A stretch of DNA of 64,000 bases, from contig JAZNJM010000064.1 in NCBI GenBank assembly GCA_045578045.1, forward strand, positions 9,695-73,694. Reading direction: 5' to 3'. The stretch's first letter is position 1, and each line of letters begins with the position of its first letter. Source of the stretch: Eubacteriales bacterium (GTDB taxonomy: Bacteria; Bacillota; Clostridia; Oscillospirales; CAG-382). This document shows positions 1 to 10,398 of the stretch, one piece after another. A program made the position numbers and the translations under genes. The notes under the pieces are model-generated. The model was not told where the DNA came from. It worked only from the letters and a program-made list of their open reading frames with translations, and searched no databases.

Positions 1-75
1 CCAATTCCCGTTTTTTAAATCTTGTTAAATAAAAATATTATAAAATCATCGTAAAATCATTGGGAGGTAGTTATT

Positions 76-264
76 ATGGCAAAATGTCAATTTTGCGACA
101 AAGGCGTTACCTTTGGACACAACGTTTCTCACTCTAACAGAAAGACAAGCAGAACTTGGAAACCCAACATCAGAAAGGTTAAAGCTACTGTAAACGGCGG
201 AACAAAAACTGTTTATATTTGTGCTCGTTGCCTTCGTTCAGGTAAAGTTCAAAGAGCTGTTTAA
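76..264 (+). CDS. rpmB: 50S ribosomal protein L28
   Basis: 62 aa, MAKCQFCDKG...NRKTSRTWKPNIRKV...ARCLRSGKV matches the L28 pattern. GGGAGG RBS lies 7 nt upstream. Confidence 0.95.
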   Translation: MAKCQFCDKGVTFGHNVSHSNRKTSRTWKPNIRKVKATVNGGTKTVYICARCLRSGKVQRAV

Positions 265-289
265 TCTGTTCTTGAAAAATGAAATAAAA

Positions 290-327
290 AAATGCTTCGT
301 GGAATTTTCCGCAGAAGCATTTTTTTA
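290..327 (+). terminator. Rho-independent terminator after rpmB
   Basis: Stem aaatgcttc / gaagcattt followed by a T-run. Confidence 0.6.
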
Positions 328-493
328 TTTTTTAATATTTTATATTTTATATCTTTTTGGTGTCTCCATAATCATTTATACTATGTTTTTTATTACTACG
401 TGTTATTTCGTGTTATTTTATTATGAACTATTTATCATCATTACTATACGTTATTGACACTCAATTATTCAATTTTAGATTATTAATACTTAA

Positions 494-1015
494 TTATTCA
501 ATTTTAGAAAACCAAGTCTCATTTCTTGAACATAACGGACAACGTGAAGGAGGTGCTTCCCCTTTAGAAACGAATCCGCAATTATAACATCTCCATTTTG
601 AGTTTTCATTTTCTGATATAAACATTTCATCTGATACCAAACGTGAATTAAGATTTGAAAACACGTTCATTTGGTTTTCTATCGCAACTGACGTATCAAG
701 AAACTTGTTTTTTAATTGGTCAAAGCCTTCATTTTCTGCATCAACTGCATACATTGTAAATCTTTCATTTTTTTCTCTTTCTTCATTTACAGAGTTTTGG
801 AGATTTTCATTAAGGCTTCCGTTTAACCCAAGCTCATCCATCCAAATTCTTGCACGGGATAACTCGTTTCTCGCGGCAACTCTATAGCATTCTGAAATTT
901 CAGGATACCCTTCCGCTTCCGCTTTTTCTCCCCACAACGTATATTTAACAAGGCTTAAAGCCTCACCACTTAAGGCTTGATTGAGATTATTATTGGTATA
1001 CGTATGTTTTTTCAT
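494..1015 (-). CDS. Rubrerythrin-family protein (ferritin-like domain plus C-terminal CxxC...CxxC rubredoxin-like knuckle), His ligands apparently substituted
   Basis: C-terminal WRCYNCGF...SRCPLCSR. N-terminal helices align by eye to rubrerythrin ExxH motifs, but read NELSR and IENQM. AAGGAG RBS. Confidence 0.75.
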   Translation of the reverse strand: MKKHTYTNNNLNQALSGEALSLVKYTLWGEKAEAEGYPEISECYRVAARNELSRARIWMDELGLNGSLNENLQNSVNEEREKNERFTMYAVDAENEGFDQLKNKFLDTSVAIENQMNVFSNLNSRLVSDEMFISENENSKWRCYNCGFVSKGEAPPSRCPLCSRNETWFSKIE

Positions 1016-1160
1016 AAATATAATTCTCCTTTTTAACTATACCTGCATTTTACATATAATTCTTATGCAGGAAAAGGGATATCCCCTTCAATATTATATT
1101 TTATGCCGTTTACCAATTTATGTTTATTTGTTATATATAATCAATATAAATATTTTAATA

Positions 1161-1745
1161 CTAAAAAGATATAAATTTCTCATATTCATTTTCAAGAATT
1201 GAAAACGAATGAATCGTTTTATATTCACCTTTTATAAACATTGAATCTCTTAAAGCACCTTCATAAACAAAGCCTAAAGACTGTGCAAGTTTCATTGAAG
1301 CAATATTTCCGTCCATAATACGAACCGTCAGACGATGAAAACCAATTTCTCTGAAGGATATTCTCATAACAGCTGATACAGCTTCTTTCATTAAACCCTG
1401 ACGCCAATATTCAGGTGATAAAACGTATCCAATCTCTGCACTTGAATTGTATTCATCAACGGAAGTAAATCCACAAGTTCCTATGAACAGACCGTCTTTT
1501 TTATGGTTTATTCCCCAATCGGGAGCTTTTCCTCTTTTATATTGTTGCATATGAAATTCTATAGTACCCCTCGTTTCAGCAATATTAAAATGAGGTGTCC
1601 ACGCCAGATATTCAGACGTTTTTTCAAGAGATGCATATCTGTTCATATCATATAGATTGTCCATAGATATTTCTTTTAAAATCAATCTTGGAGTTTCCAA
1701 AACGGGAAGTTTCGCAAAAACTTTCTGCGTATTGCAATTATTCAT
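1161..1745 (-). CDS. GNAT family N-acetyltransferase (RimJ/RimL-like)
   Basis: LETPRLILKE start and WRQGLMKEAVSAV acetyl-CoA-binding region, typical of RimJ/RimL-type GNATs. Confidence 0.8.
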   Translation of the reverse strand: MNNCNTQKVFAKLPVLETPRLILKEISMDNLYDMNRYASLEKTSEYLAWTPHFNIAETRGTIEFHMQQYKRGKAPDWGINHKKDGLFIGTCGFTSVDEYNSSAEIGYVLSPEYWRQGLMKEAVSAVMRISFREIGFHRLTVRIMDGNIASMKLAQSLGFVYEGALRDSMFIKGEYKTIHSFSILENEYEKFISF

Positions 1746-1956
1746 AGTATATTATAACTCCCTTGAGATTACTATTTTGATTAATTATACTTCATTTATT
1801 TGATATTATCAAGTTATTTTTTTAAATAAACTAAAATAATAATAATTTTCTTATTAAAAAAACAGTAGAATATATAAATAAAAAAGATAAAAGGCAAAAT
1901 CAAAAAAATCAGACAATAAAAAATAAGTTATTTTTGTTAAAAAGCATAAATTTCTC

Positions 1957-1985
1957 TTGACATATCGCAAAGAATGTTGTATTAT
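1957..1985 (+). promoter_or_regulatory. Sigma-A-type promoter for the lipoprotein gene
   Basis: TTGACA (1957..1962), 17-nt spacer, TATTAT (1980..1985), about 75 nt upstream of the TTG start. Confidence 0.45.
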
Positions 1986-2058
1986 ATTATATGTGTTCAT
2001 ACGTATTATTGTTTGCGGCTTGAACTAAAATTCCTATTCGAAACGGGAGGACAAAATC

Positions 2059-4353
2059 TTGAAAAGATCCAGCTTAAAAACATTTTTAACTAAGGCGCTT
2101 GCTTCTTTGCTTATTGCTTTGACGCTTGTACCTTCCCTTGCATCTTGCAGCGACACAGAAGAAATTAATGATACTATTATTCCTGTTTATACTTTCTACG
2201 GAATAAAAGGCGAAGGAACAACTGACGAAGCTATCAGAGCAGTTGAGCTTTCTATCAACCGTATTCTTATGTCAAGATACACCTTTGCCGTTGACTTCCG
2301 TCTTTTCTTTGAAGACGAATATGAAGAAGCTCTCAACGCTGCAATTAAAGAAGTTGAAGAGTATGAAGAGCCCGAAGATGCTGCCGAAGAATCTTTTGCA
2401 TCTGGTGAACTTCCTCCATACACATACACAGAAGATAAAGTTATTGAATTACTCGAAAGCGGAAAAGATTTCGAATTTAAAGCTCCAAGAGTTGATATCG
2501 TTCTCTGCAAAGACTCAGAACAATATTTCGAACTTGCAAACTCCAAAAAGCTTGTCGCAATAGATACAACCCTTGAAAACGAAGGAAAAATTCTTTCCGA
2601 ATATATCCATCCAACACTTTTGTCTCTTGCAAAAATCGGAAGAAAAACTTTTGGTGTTCCCAACAACACAGCTATGGGTGAATATGAATATATCGTTTTT
2701 GACAAACAATATCTTGATGAACACAAGTATGATTACAAAACGATGAAATCTCTTGAAGACCTTGAAGATTATCTTTCACTTATCAAAGAGAAAAATGAAA
2801 ACGTTATCCCTCTTAAAAAAGCAGGTACTCCCGTTGGTTATGAATATCTTTTCGGAGATAAATCTCCATTCTACATAAGTCCTACAACTACAACATCAGG
2901 CGAAGCAACTGGAAGAATTTACGGTACGATGGATACAGATCTTAATGCATTTATCATTGAAGATTATGCTACTCTTATTGGTAAATACCGTTCTTTAGGT
3001 TATCTTGCAGATCCTTCTGATAATAATAAAGATTTTGCAGTAACCTTCGTTAAAGGAACACCGTCTGATATTGATGCTCTTGAAAAAGAAACGGGCAAAG
3101 AATACGAATATATTGTATATAAAACTCCCGTTGCAACAACAAAATCAATTGACACAGTATATTCTATTTCATCAACTGTTTCAACAACAGAAGTTACAAC
3201 TCTTATTGATATTATCGTTGCTCTTTTCACTGATGAACAAATAAAGAACTATTTCTATTATGGAATTCAAGGCGAACATTATATTCTCGATGACAACGAT
3301 CTTGTTGAACCAATCAAAGACGGTGATACAAATAAATTCGTTTACGTAATGGAAAACAAATACACAGGAAACGTTTATCTTGCAAAACAAAAGAAGGGTG
3401 AAAATGGCAAAATTTATGACGATATAAAACAAATTAATCTTGCAACATCTCTTTCTCTCACATCAGGCTTTGCATATATTCCAAAAACATACACAGTTGG
3501 AGATAAGACTTTAACAGAACCTAACTATGTTGAAATTATGACAAACGTTCTTGGAGATAGCATTTTGAAGCTCAATGACGGTTCATTTGGAATTGTTAAT
3601 TACGATGAATTCAAAGAATCCATTAAAGATAGCCTCAAAGAATCCGCAGAAAAATCGATTCAAACTTCATATTCTGATAAAATTCTCACAAATTATGTTG
3701 CAAAAAATTCTGCTCATCTTTCTTCAGAAGAATTTCTTTCTAACGTTGAAATTTTAGCCAAAGATGCAGTTAATGCCTCTCTTAGAAATAATGCAGTGAA
3801 TGCTCTCACAACAGAATATACAAAACAGCTCAAAACAGAGAATCCCGATATAACAGAGGAAGAAATCGCTGCTGCTCTTGATACGAAAATTACAGAGGAA
3901 GCAATAAAGAATTATATTGACACGAAATTCACGGCAGATTATATTGAAACTCTTATTAATGTCAACAAAAAAGACATTATAAGCCAAGAAAAAAAGAAGA
4001 TCAGTGAAGATTATAAACTAACTGATGAATATAAGAATTTAATAGCTTCATATATCGTTTCTGAAGAGTATAATGCTCTTGTTGAAGAATATATTATAGC
4101 ACAAGTTAATAAGAAATTTGTATCTCAAATAGAAGATCAAATTACAGCAGAAGCAGAGAAACTCCAATCTCAAGCTGTTGATGCTGTTGAAGAAGCAATA
4201 AAGAAATTTAATGAAACAGCTAAATCAACGTTTAAATGGTCTGACGCTGATGTAGAAAGTAATCTTGACGTTAATTCATATTCAGATTTCTTTGAAAAGA
4301 GACTTGTATCTCAGTATTATAGCGTTTATACCAATCCTGACGAAACAACATAA
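2059..4353 (+). CDS. Large lipoprotein, solute-binding-protein-like N-terminal part with a helical Glu/Lys-rich C-terminal third
   Basis: TTG start behind GGGAGG. Signal peptide with lipobox LASC. The central segment (GEYEYIVFDKQYLDEH...KTMKSLEDLEDYL) resembles family-1 ABC substrate-binding proteins. No adjacent permeases. Confidence 0.65.
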   Translation: MKRSSLKTFLTKALASLLIALTLVPSLASCSDTEEINDTIIPVYTFYGIKGEGTTDEAIRAVELSINRILMSRYTFAVDFRLFFEDEYEEALNAAIKEVEEYEEPEDAAEESFASGELPPYTYTEDKVIELLESGKDFEFKAPRVDIVLCKDSEQYFELANSKKLVAIDTTLENEGKILSEYIHPTLLSLAKIGRKTFGVPNNTAMGEYEYIVFDKQYLDEHKYDYKTMKSLEDLEDYLSLIKEKNENVIPLKKAGTPVGYEYLFGDKSPFYISPTTTTSGEATGRIYGTMDTDLNAFIIEDYATLIGKYRSLGYLADPSDNNKDFAVTFVKGTPSDIDALEKETGKEYEYIVYKTPVATTKSIDTVYSISSTVSTTEVTTLIDIIVALFTDEQIKNYFYYGIQGEHYILDDNDLVEPIKDGDTNKFVYVMENKYTGNVYLAKQKKGENGKIYDDIKQINLATSLSLTSGFAYIPKTYTVGDKTLTEPNYVEIMTNVLGDSILKLNDGSFGIVNYDEFKESIKDSLKESAEKSIQTSYSDKILTNYVAKNSAHLSSEEFLSNVEILAKDAVNASLRNNAVNALTTEYTKQLKTENPDITEEEIAAALDTKITEEAIKNYIDTKFTADYIETLINVNKKDIISQEKKKISEDYKLTDEYKNLIASYIVSEEYNALVEEYIIAQVNKKFVSQIEDQITAEAEKLQSQAVDAVEEAIKKFNETAKSTFKWSDADVESNLDVNSYSDFFEKRLVSQYYSVYTNPDETT

Positions 4354-4371
4354 TAGTTTTAACAACTTAAT

Positions 4372-4403
4372 ACGGGACAACTTAAAGTTGTCCCGTTTGT
4401 TTT
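4372..4403 (+). terminator. Rho-independent terminator
   Basis: Stem cgggacaac / gttgtcccg followed by tttgtttt. Confidence 0.7.
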
Positions 4404-4510
4404 AAATTTGTTGATTAGGTTATAAATATTATTATTAGATTTTAATTGAATACTTGTTTTAAATGCTTTTTATGTAATTAAAAAGTATCGTCTTAATTGG
4501 AGAATTTTGA

Positions 4511-7354
4511 ATGAACAACATTTCAACCCTCACCTCTTGCTTTAAAAAGATTTACAAAAAGTTATACTATATTGCAAAGGATTATATATTTTCATTTTTT
4601 TCATTTATAATAACTTTTTTTGTTTTTGCTATTATTTTTAAAGCAAACGGTTTATATCCCTTTGGAGAAACGTCAATTGCTTGGTGTGACCTTAAACAAC
4701 AAGGTATTCCCCTGCTTATGAATTTAAAAGACGTATTAAGCGGAAACGGAAGTATACTTTATAGCTTTAATAACGCTTCGGGAATGAATTTTTGGGGAGT
4801 ATTTTTATTTTTTCTTTCAAATCCATTTTCTTTTCTTTGTGTTTTTTTCGAAAAAGCAGAGCTTTATAAATTAGTTAGTACATTCGTTATAATTAAGCTT
4901 TGCATTGCTTCTTTTACTTCAACATTATTTTTTGTAAAAGTATGTAAAAATACATCTAAAGGAATCTCCGTTGCCCTTGGCGTTTCATACTCTCTTTGTG
5001 CATATGGACTTATGTATTATCAAAACATAATGTGGCTTGATATTATGTATCTATATCCGTTGCTTATTTTGGGAATAAAAAAAGCTATGGAGAAAAAAGG
5101 ATATGCCTTATATACGGTCATTTTGAGCCTATGCGTTTTATTTAACTTTTACCTTAGCTTTATGGTTATCCTTTCGATTTTACTCTACATTGGACTATAT
5201 TTGCTCATTTCAAAAGATGATTTAAAATTAAAGAAATCAGTTTCTTTCGATTTATTAAAAGGTTCTATAATTGCTGCATTAATTTCTTCAATTTCTTGGA
5301 TACCTGCTTTTATTCAATATAGTTCTTCAGGACGCGGTGAAAGCATATTCAAAACCCTTTCCTCTTCATCGTGGGTTCCAAGACTTGATACTATACTTTT
5401 ATTATTACTTTCGAGCTCTGTTATTATTATAATTTTGCTATCATTTATAAAACCGACAATAGAAAAGCTACGCATTTTTTTATCATTCCTTTTATTTTTT
5501 ATCCCCATATTTATAGAGCCTATAAATAAAATGTGGCATACAGGCAGTTATATGTCATTTCCTGGAAGATATGCTTTTATTACTATTTTTATGGGATTAT
5601 ATTTAGTTTGTCTTTCGTTGGAAAGAAAAGACAACGCTGAAATAAAAGAAACTATTTTAAATTCATATAACGATAAAAATGTATTAAACGAAAACAAACT
5701 TCTGTTTAGAAGCATAATTAAACAAGTTTTGCCATATATTGTGTTCTCAGTTGCTTGTGCTATAACGGTTTATATCCTATATAAAAACGTGTCGATGGGA
5801 GTTTTTATTAATGAAAAAGATAAATTATCAAACTTTATCGATACGCTTTGGGGAAACAACAAACAGCTTAAAACAACTTTTAAAGTATCTTTAATTTTTG
5901 CCTTAGTATATTTCATATATTCTCTTTTATATAAACTGAAATTGATACCAAAAAAAATCTTTTCCATTTTTCTACTTTGCGTTGTTATTTGCGAAGGAAT
6001 TTTTGCTATTAACGTTTACATTGTTCCTTGCTCTGAAAAAACAATATTTAATTCATATGATTCATTTCTTGATTTAGAAGGAAAAATCAATGATGACGAG
6101 TTTTACAGAATTAATACTGAAAAAAAATATGAAGATTCAAACCTTTTAGGTGCTTTAGGATATAACTCAATAGGTCATTACACTTCTTTGACAAATAAAG
6201 AGTATATGAACGTTTCAAAAGCACTTGGATATTCTTCTTCTTGGATGGAGCTTTCAACATACGGCGGAACAGAGCTTTCTGATGCAATTATGAGTGTTAA
6301 ATATAAAGTTATTCGCTCAAAAATAGAAAACAGCGTTTATTCAAATGAAACTTATAGTATTGTTGAAACATTTGCTTCTTTAGGATTAGGAGTTAAATAT
6401 AACGGGAATAATGACGTTTTCTCCTATGATGAAATATCAAGAACAGATTTTCAAGAAAAAATATTTTCTTCTCTTTTTAATAGTGATGAAGCTCTTTTTG
6501 AAAAATACACTCCAACACTTTATAAAAACTGTTCCATATCAACAGAGGGAAACAAAAAAATAATTAATGGTGAAGGAGAACTAATTTATTATATAAACGT
6601 TTCAGGTGAACAAACATTATATTTTGATGCCTTTGGAGAATTCAGTAATGGTTTAATACAAACAATAAACAGAGGATTCGACATATACGTTAACGGCATT
6701 AGAATTTCAACGTATCCCGATGGAATGTATACGGGATTTGTTAATCTTGGAACGTTTAAAAATGAAAAAGTTACAATTAAGGTTATAACCAACAGACCTC
6801 AAATGTCTTTAATTTCATTTGGTGTTTCGGGATTGAAAAAAGAAGTTTTGAAAAAAGCAGTTGAAAACACAGAATCGGGTTTTCTTAATGTTAAAAATAA
6901 TAAAGCATATGGAACGGTTGATGGAAAAGACGGAGAGTATTTATTCGTTTCTATTCCATATGACGAAGGCTTTAAAGTTAAGGTAAACGGAAAGAAAATA
7001 AAACCTGAAAAAGTATTTGGAGATTTTTATTCTATTCCTTTATCAAATGGTATAAACAACATTGAAATGAGCTATACACCAACTGGCTTTATTTCGGGAA
7101 TTATTTTCACATCAATTGGAATAGTTTTATTTATTCTGTTTTTGATTTTTGATAAAAAGAATAGCAAACTAATTCAGAAAGAAAGCTCTCAAAACTTTCA
7201 AAACAAAAGAAAAGAAAACGAAGAAAAAGTTTTTAATTCTTCTATTTTATTAAGTAATATAAAAACAGCTTCCTTATATTTATTTATTATATTATTTATT
7301 ATTCTCACTTTTGTTATATATATTTTCCCCATATTTGTTAGGTTATTTAAATGA
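4511..7354 (+). CDS. YfhO-family polytopic membrane protein (putative envelope glycosyltransferase)
   Basis: 947 aa with many TM segments. N-terminal GLYPFGETSIAWCDLKQQGIPLL...SNPFSFL matches the YfhO signature. Large extracytoplasmic C-terminal domain plus a terminal TM. Confidence 0.75.
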   Translation: MNNISTLTSCFKKIYKKLYYIAKDYIFSFFSFIITFFVFAIIFKANGLYPFGETSIAWCDLKQQGIPLLMNLKDVLSGNGSILYSFNNASGMNFWGVFLFFLSNPFSFLCVFFEKAELYKLVSTFVIIKLCIASFTSTLFFVKVCKNTSKGISVALGVSYSLCAYGLMYYQNIMWLDIMYLYPLLILGIKKAMEKKGYALYTVILSLCVLFNFYLSFMVILSILLYIGLYLLISKDDLKLKKSVSFDLLKGSIIAALISSISWIPAFIQYSSSGRGESIFKTLSSSSWVPRLDTILLLLLSSSVIIIILLSFIKPTIEKLRIFLSFLLFFIPIFIEPINKMWHTGSYMSFPGRYAFITIFMGLYLVCLSLERKDNAEIKETILNSYNDKNVLNENKLLFRSIIKQVLPYIVFSVACAITVYILYKNVSMGVFINEKDKLSNFIDTLWGNNKQLKTTFKVSLIFALVYFIYSLLYKLKLIPKKIFSIFLLCVVICEGIFAINVYIVPCSEKTIFNSYDSFLDLEGKINDDEFYRINTEKKYEDSNLLGALGYNSIGHYTSLTNKEYMNVSKALGYSSSWMELSTYGGTELSDAIMSVKYKVIRSKIENSVYSNETYSIVETFASLGLGVKYNGNNDVFSYDEISRTDFQEKIFSSLFNSDEALFEKYTPTLYKNCSISTEGNKKIINGEGELIYYINVSGEQTLYFDAFGEFSNGLIQTINRGFDIYVNGIRISTYPDGMYTGFVNLGTFKNEKVTIKVITNRPQMSLISFGVSGLKKEVLKKAVENTESGFLNVKNNKAYGTVDGKDGEYLFVSIPYDEGFKVKVNGKKIKPEKVFGDFYSIPLSNGINNIEMSYTPTGFISGIIFTSIGIVLFILFLIFDKKNSKLIQKESSQNFQNKRKENEEKVFNSSILLSNIKTASLYLFIILFIILTFVIYIFPIFVRLFK

Positions 7355-7406
7355 TAACGTTACTAATAAATTCAAAATATAAAAGGCAATTTGAAAGAAG
7401 GCATAT

Positions 7407-8102
7407 ATGATATATTCAATTGGTGGTATGAAAATTGAAATTGATTTCAAGTATGCATACGGTACTAAAAAATGCAATAATTTTTTATCAAACGGCATAC
7501 CTGATTTTTCAGTTTCAATTTCTGAGGAGGAAATAAAGAAAGAAGCAGCCCTTACCCCTTGGAACAACTTAGAACTATCTGAATTTGACTGTGTTTTTAA
7601 AAAAATATATAATGAAGCTCCAAACTATGGAAGAATCGTTATGCACGGAGCTTCTATTATGATGAATAGCAAAGGATTTTTATTTTCAGCTCCATCAGGA
7701 ACAGGAAAAAGCACTCATATTCGTTTATGGGGAAAAAGATACGGAAAAAACGTTACTGTTATTGATGGAGATAAGCCATTTTTGAGCTTTATAAACGGAA
7801 AGGCTGAAGTTTGGGGTTCTCCAAGAAGCGGAAAAGAAGGTTGGAATAATCCCGTTTCTGCCCCTCTTGAAGGCATTGCCTTTTTGGAACAAGCTGATTA
7901 CAATAAAATCATAAGAGTTTCTCCATCAGACATAATTGATAGAGCATTTATGCAGTTTTATATCCCTAAAAATAAAGAAACAGCTGAAAAAACAATAAAG
8001 ATTATCAGTCAGATTTTAGAAAGCGTTCCTCTTTATATCCTCAAATGCAATATGGATATTGAAGCAGCAGAGGTTGCATATAATGGAATGATGTTTTCCT
8101 AA
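7407..8102 (+). CDS. HPr-kinase-C-terminal-like P-loop protein of unknown function
   Basis: MHGASIMMNSKGFLFSAPSGTGKST resembles the HprK/PEPCK-like P-loop core. Starts 52 nt after yfhO-like. Confidence 0.5.
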   Translation: MIYSIGGMKIEIDFKYAYGTKKCNNFLSNGIPDFSVSISEEEIKKEAALTPWNNLELSEFDCVFKKIYNEAPNYGRIVMHGASIMMNSKGFLFSAPSGTGKSTHIRLWGKRYGKNVTVIDGDKPFLSFINGKAEVWGSPRSGKEGWNNPVSAPLEGIAFLEQADYNKIIRVSPSDIIDRAFMQFYIPKNKETAEKTIKIISQILESVPLYILKCNMDIEAAEVAYNGMMFS

Positions 8103-8124
8103 AATTTTATAGTATTCGTTAAAA

Positions 8125-8163
8125 AAGACTTGCAGTTTACAACGATTGTAAATTGCAAGTCTT
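8125..8163. terminator. Bidirectional terminator between convergent genes
   Basis: 17-bp arms aagacttgcagtttaca / tgtaaattgcaagtctt, flanked by A-run and T-run. Confidence 0.7.
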
Positions 8164-8228
8164 TATATTATGATAAAACAATTCAAAAAGAAATATTATA
8201 TATTACTAAAAATAAATACTTCTTATTC

Positions 8229-9296
8229 TTAATCACCCGATTTTAGTTTTTCAGCACGGTCAGCAGTTATAAGAGCATCTATCATTTCGTCAAGTTTTCC
8301 ATTAAGGAAGTTTTCAAGATAGTATAAGGTAAGTCCGATTCTATGGTCTGAAACACGTCCCTGAGGATAGTTATAGGTTCTTATTCTTTCACTTCTATCT
8401 CCTGTTCCTACTTGACTTTTACGTTGTGAAGCAACCTCATCAGCCTTTTTGGAACATTCAAGGTCATACAAACGGGATTTCATTACCTTGAGAGCTTTTT
8501 CTTTATTTTTTAACTGGCTTCGCTCATCCTGACAATCTACAACTATTCCCGTTGGGATATGAATAATTCTTATTGCAGACTCTGTTTTATTAACGTGTTG
8601 GCCGCCAGCTCCTGAGCTATGATGCCTTGTTATTTCAAGCTCATCCATATTAAGCTCAAATTCAACGTCCTCAGCCTCTGGAAGAACAGCAACAGTTACA
8701 GTTGAAGTGTGGATTCTTCCCTGCGTTTCAGTTTCGGGAACACGTTGAACACGATGAACGCCGCTTTCAAATTTAAAACGAGAATATGCTCCCTCTCCAA
8801 CAACCATAAACGAAACTTCTTTAAATCCTCCAAGCTCTGTATCGTTAGCATAAAGAAGCTCTGTTTTAAATCCTGCGGACTCTGCATACATATTATACAT
8901 TCTATATAAAACAGCCGCAAAGAGCGAGGCTTCTTCCCCCCCCGCACCGCCTCTTATTTCTATTATAACGTTTTTGTCATCATTAGGATCTTTAGGAAGT
9001 AAAAGCTCTTTGAGCTTTTGTTCTGCATCTGAACAAAAATCTATAGACTCTTGAATTTCAGCCTTAGCAAGTTCACGCATTTCAGCGTCTTGCTCAGAAG
9101 CAAGAATCTCCTCTGCGTCAGAAATATTCTTTTTCGCTTGTTTATACGCACGAAAAACTTCAACAATTTCTGTTAAAGACTTATATTCCTTTGAATACTT
9201 TTTATAAAGCTCCATATCACTCATAACCTCTGAGGATGAGAGCTTTTCTTCGATTTCCATATATCTTACTTCTATACCTTGAAGTTTTTCTATCAT
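8229..9296 (-). CDS. prfA: Peptide chain release factor 1
   Basis: [11 protein letters not shown] motif and the RF1-type tripeptide region [13 protein letters not shown]. The likely start is [12 protein letters not shown] (codon 19 of the tracked ORF). Confidence 0.93.
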   Translation of the reverse strand: MIEKLQGIEVRYMEIEEKLSSSEVMSDMELYKKYSKEYKSLTEIVEVFRAYKQAKKNISDAEEILASEQDAEMRELAKAEIQESIDFCSDAEQKLKELLLPKDPNDDKNVIIEIRGGAGGEEASLFAAVLYRMYNMYAESAGFKTELLYANDTELGGFKEVSFMVVGEGAYSRFKFESGVHRVQRVPETETQGRIHTSTVTVAVLPEAEDVEFELNMDELEITRHHSSGAGGQHVNKTESAIRIIHIPTGIVVDCQDERSQLKNKEKALKVMKSRLYDLECSKKADEVASQRKSQVGTGDRSERIRTYNYPQGRVSDHRIGLTLYYLENFLNGKLDEMIDALITADRAEKLKSGD

Positions 9297-9423
9297 GGAT
9301 TTTTCCTCCAATAGTAATATTTTTCTTATCTCCTGAATAGGATAGTACAAAGCACTAAAGTTTATTAAAATTCGTAAAATTTCTGTCCGAAAGGAGAATA
9401 CGCCATAAGGCGAAAAAAACCAA

Positions 9424-10398
9424 ATGAAAACAACAAAAGCGCTTCAAACAAACGAAACAACTCAACAATTCTTTATGCCCGAAGGCAAAGGATTGTATAC
9501 ACCGCAAAACTTTTCAAAAATCAAGAACATAGATTCTCTTATAAAGGCTATGGATGAACAAACCATATTGGAAGGAAGAGCTGTTCTTTGCGATAATCAT
9601 CATAATCTTCACGTTGAATTAGGTTCTTTCAAAGGTATTATACCCGCAGATGAATGTGTTTTTTCTCATTTTCCAATTAAAGACGTTGCTATTATCAGCC
9701 GTGTTGGAAAGAGCGTTTCTTTCGTTATAACAGATATAACAATCGGAGAAAGAGGAGAACCCTTTATTTTGCTTTCAAGAGCAAAGGCACAAAAAATCTG
9801 TATTGATGAATATATATCAAAACTCAAAGCGGGAGACATAATAAACGCCAAAGTAACTCATCTGGAAAACTTCGGATGCTTTGTTGATATTGGATGTGGG
9901 GTTATTTCTTTGTTAAGCATCGATACAATGTCAATATCAAGAATATCCCACCCAAGAGACAGATTTTATCCAGGAGAAACAATTAAGGTTATTATCAAAA
10001 CACCTGCTGATGAATCGGGAAGAGTTACTTTAAGCCACAAAGAGCTTCTTGGAACTTGGGAAGAAAACGCATCTATGTTTTCTGTTGGTGAAACTGTTTC
10101 GGGCCCTGTCAGAAGTATAGAAAGCTATGGCGTTTTCGTTGAACTTGCTCCCAACCTTGCTGGTCTTGCGGAGTATAAAGAAGGAATCTCCGCAGGACAG
10201 ACAGCAACAGTTTACATAAAAAGCATTATAAAAGAAAAGATGAAAATCAAACTCGTTATCGTTGATTGCGTTAATGCTGAACCAATACGCCCAAAACATA
10301 ATTATTTTATATCAGAAGGGCATATTGACAGATGGGTATATTCTCCCGATGCTTCTGAAAGAATTATCGAAAGTGTTTTCAGTGACGATAATTGTTAA
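9424..10398 (+). CDS. S1 RNA-binding domain protein (about three S1 repeats)
   Basis: Repeated G(D/E)xxxxxVxxxxxxGxFV(D/E)(I/L) S1 signatures. Start codon is uncertain because the RBS is weak. Confidence 0.75.
   Translation: MKTTKALQTNETTQQFFMPEGKGLYTPQNFSKIKNIDSLIKAMDEQTILEGRAVLCDNHHNLHVELGSFKGIIPADECVFSHFPIKDVAIISRVGKSVSFVITDITIGERGEPFILLSRAKAQKICIDEYISKLKAGDIINAKVTHLENFGCFVDIGCGVISLLSIDTMSISRISHPRDRFYPGETIKVIIKTPADESGRVTLSHKELLGTWEENASMFSVGETVSGPVRSIESYGVFVELAPNLAGLAEYKEGISAGQTATVYIKSIIKEKMKIKLVIVDCVNAEPIRPKHNYFISEGHIDRWVYSPDASERIIESVFSDDNC

Noticed and set aside
221-457. 78-aa ORF after rpmB
   Set aside because: It overlaps the rpmB 3' end and terminator, is extremely AT-rich, has no RBS, and gives a Phe/Ile/Tyr-rich nonsense translation.
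9297-9350. 18-codon N-terminal extension of prfA, and similar extensions of rplU (to 15252), udp (to 16185), rlmD (from 41094), the cyclase (to 55740) and the GNAT (to 56685)
   Set aside because: Internal starts align with the conserved family N-termini and carry better RBSs. The extensions run into promoters or upstream genes.
10379-10398. 20-nt convergent overlap of the S1-domain gene and the aconitase-family gene
   Set aside because: This is a real feature of the sequence, but short convergent 3' overlaps are common and no structure or signal was evident.
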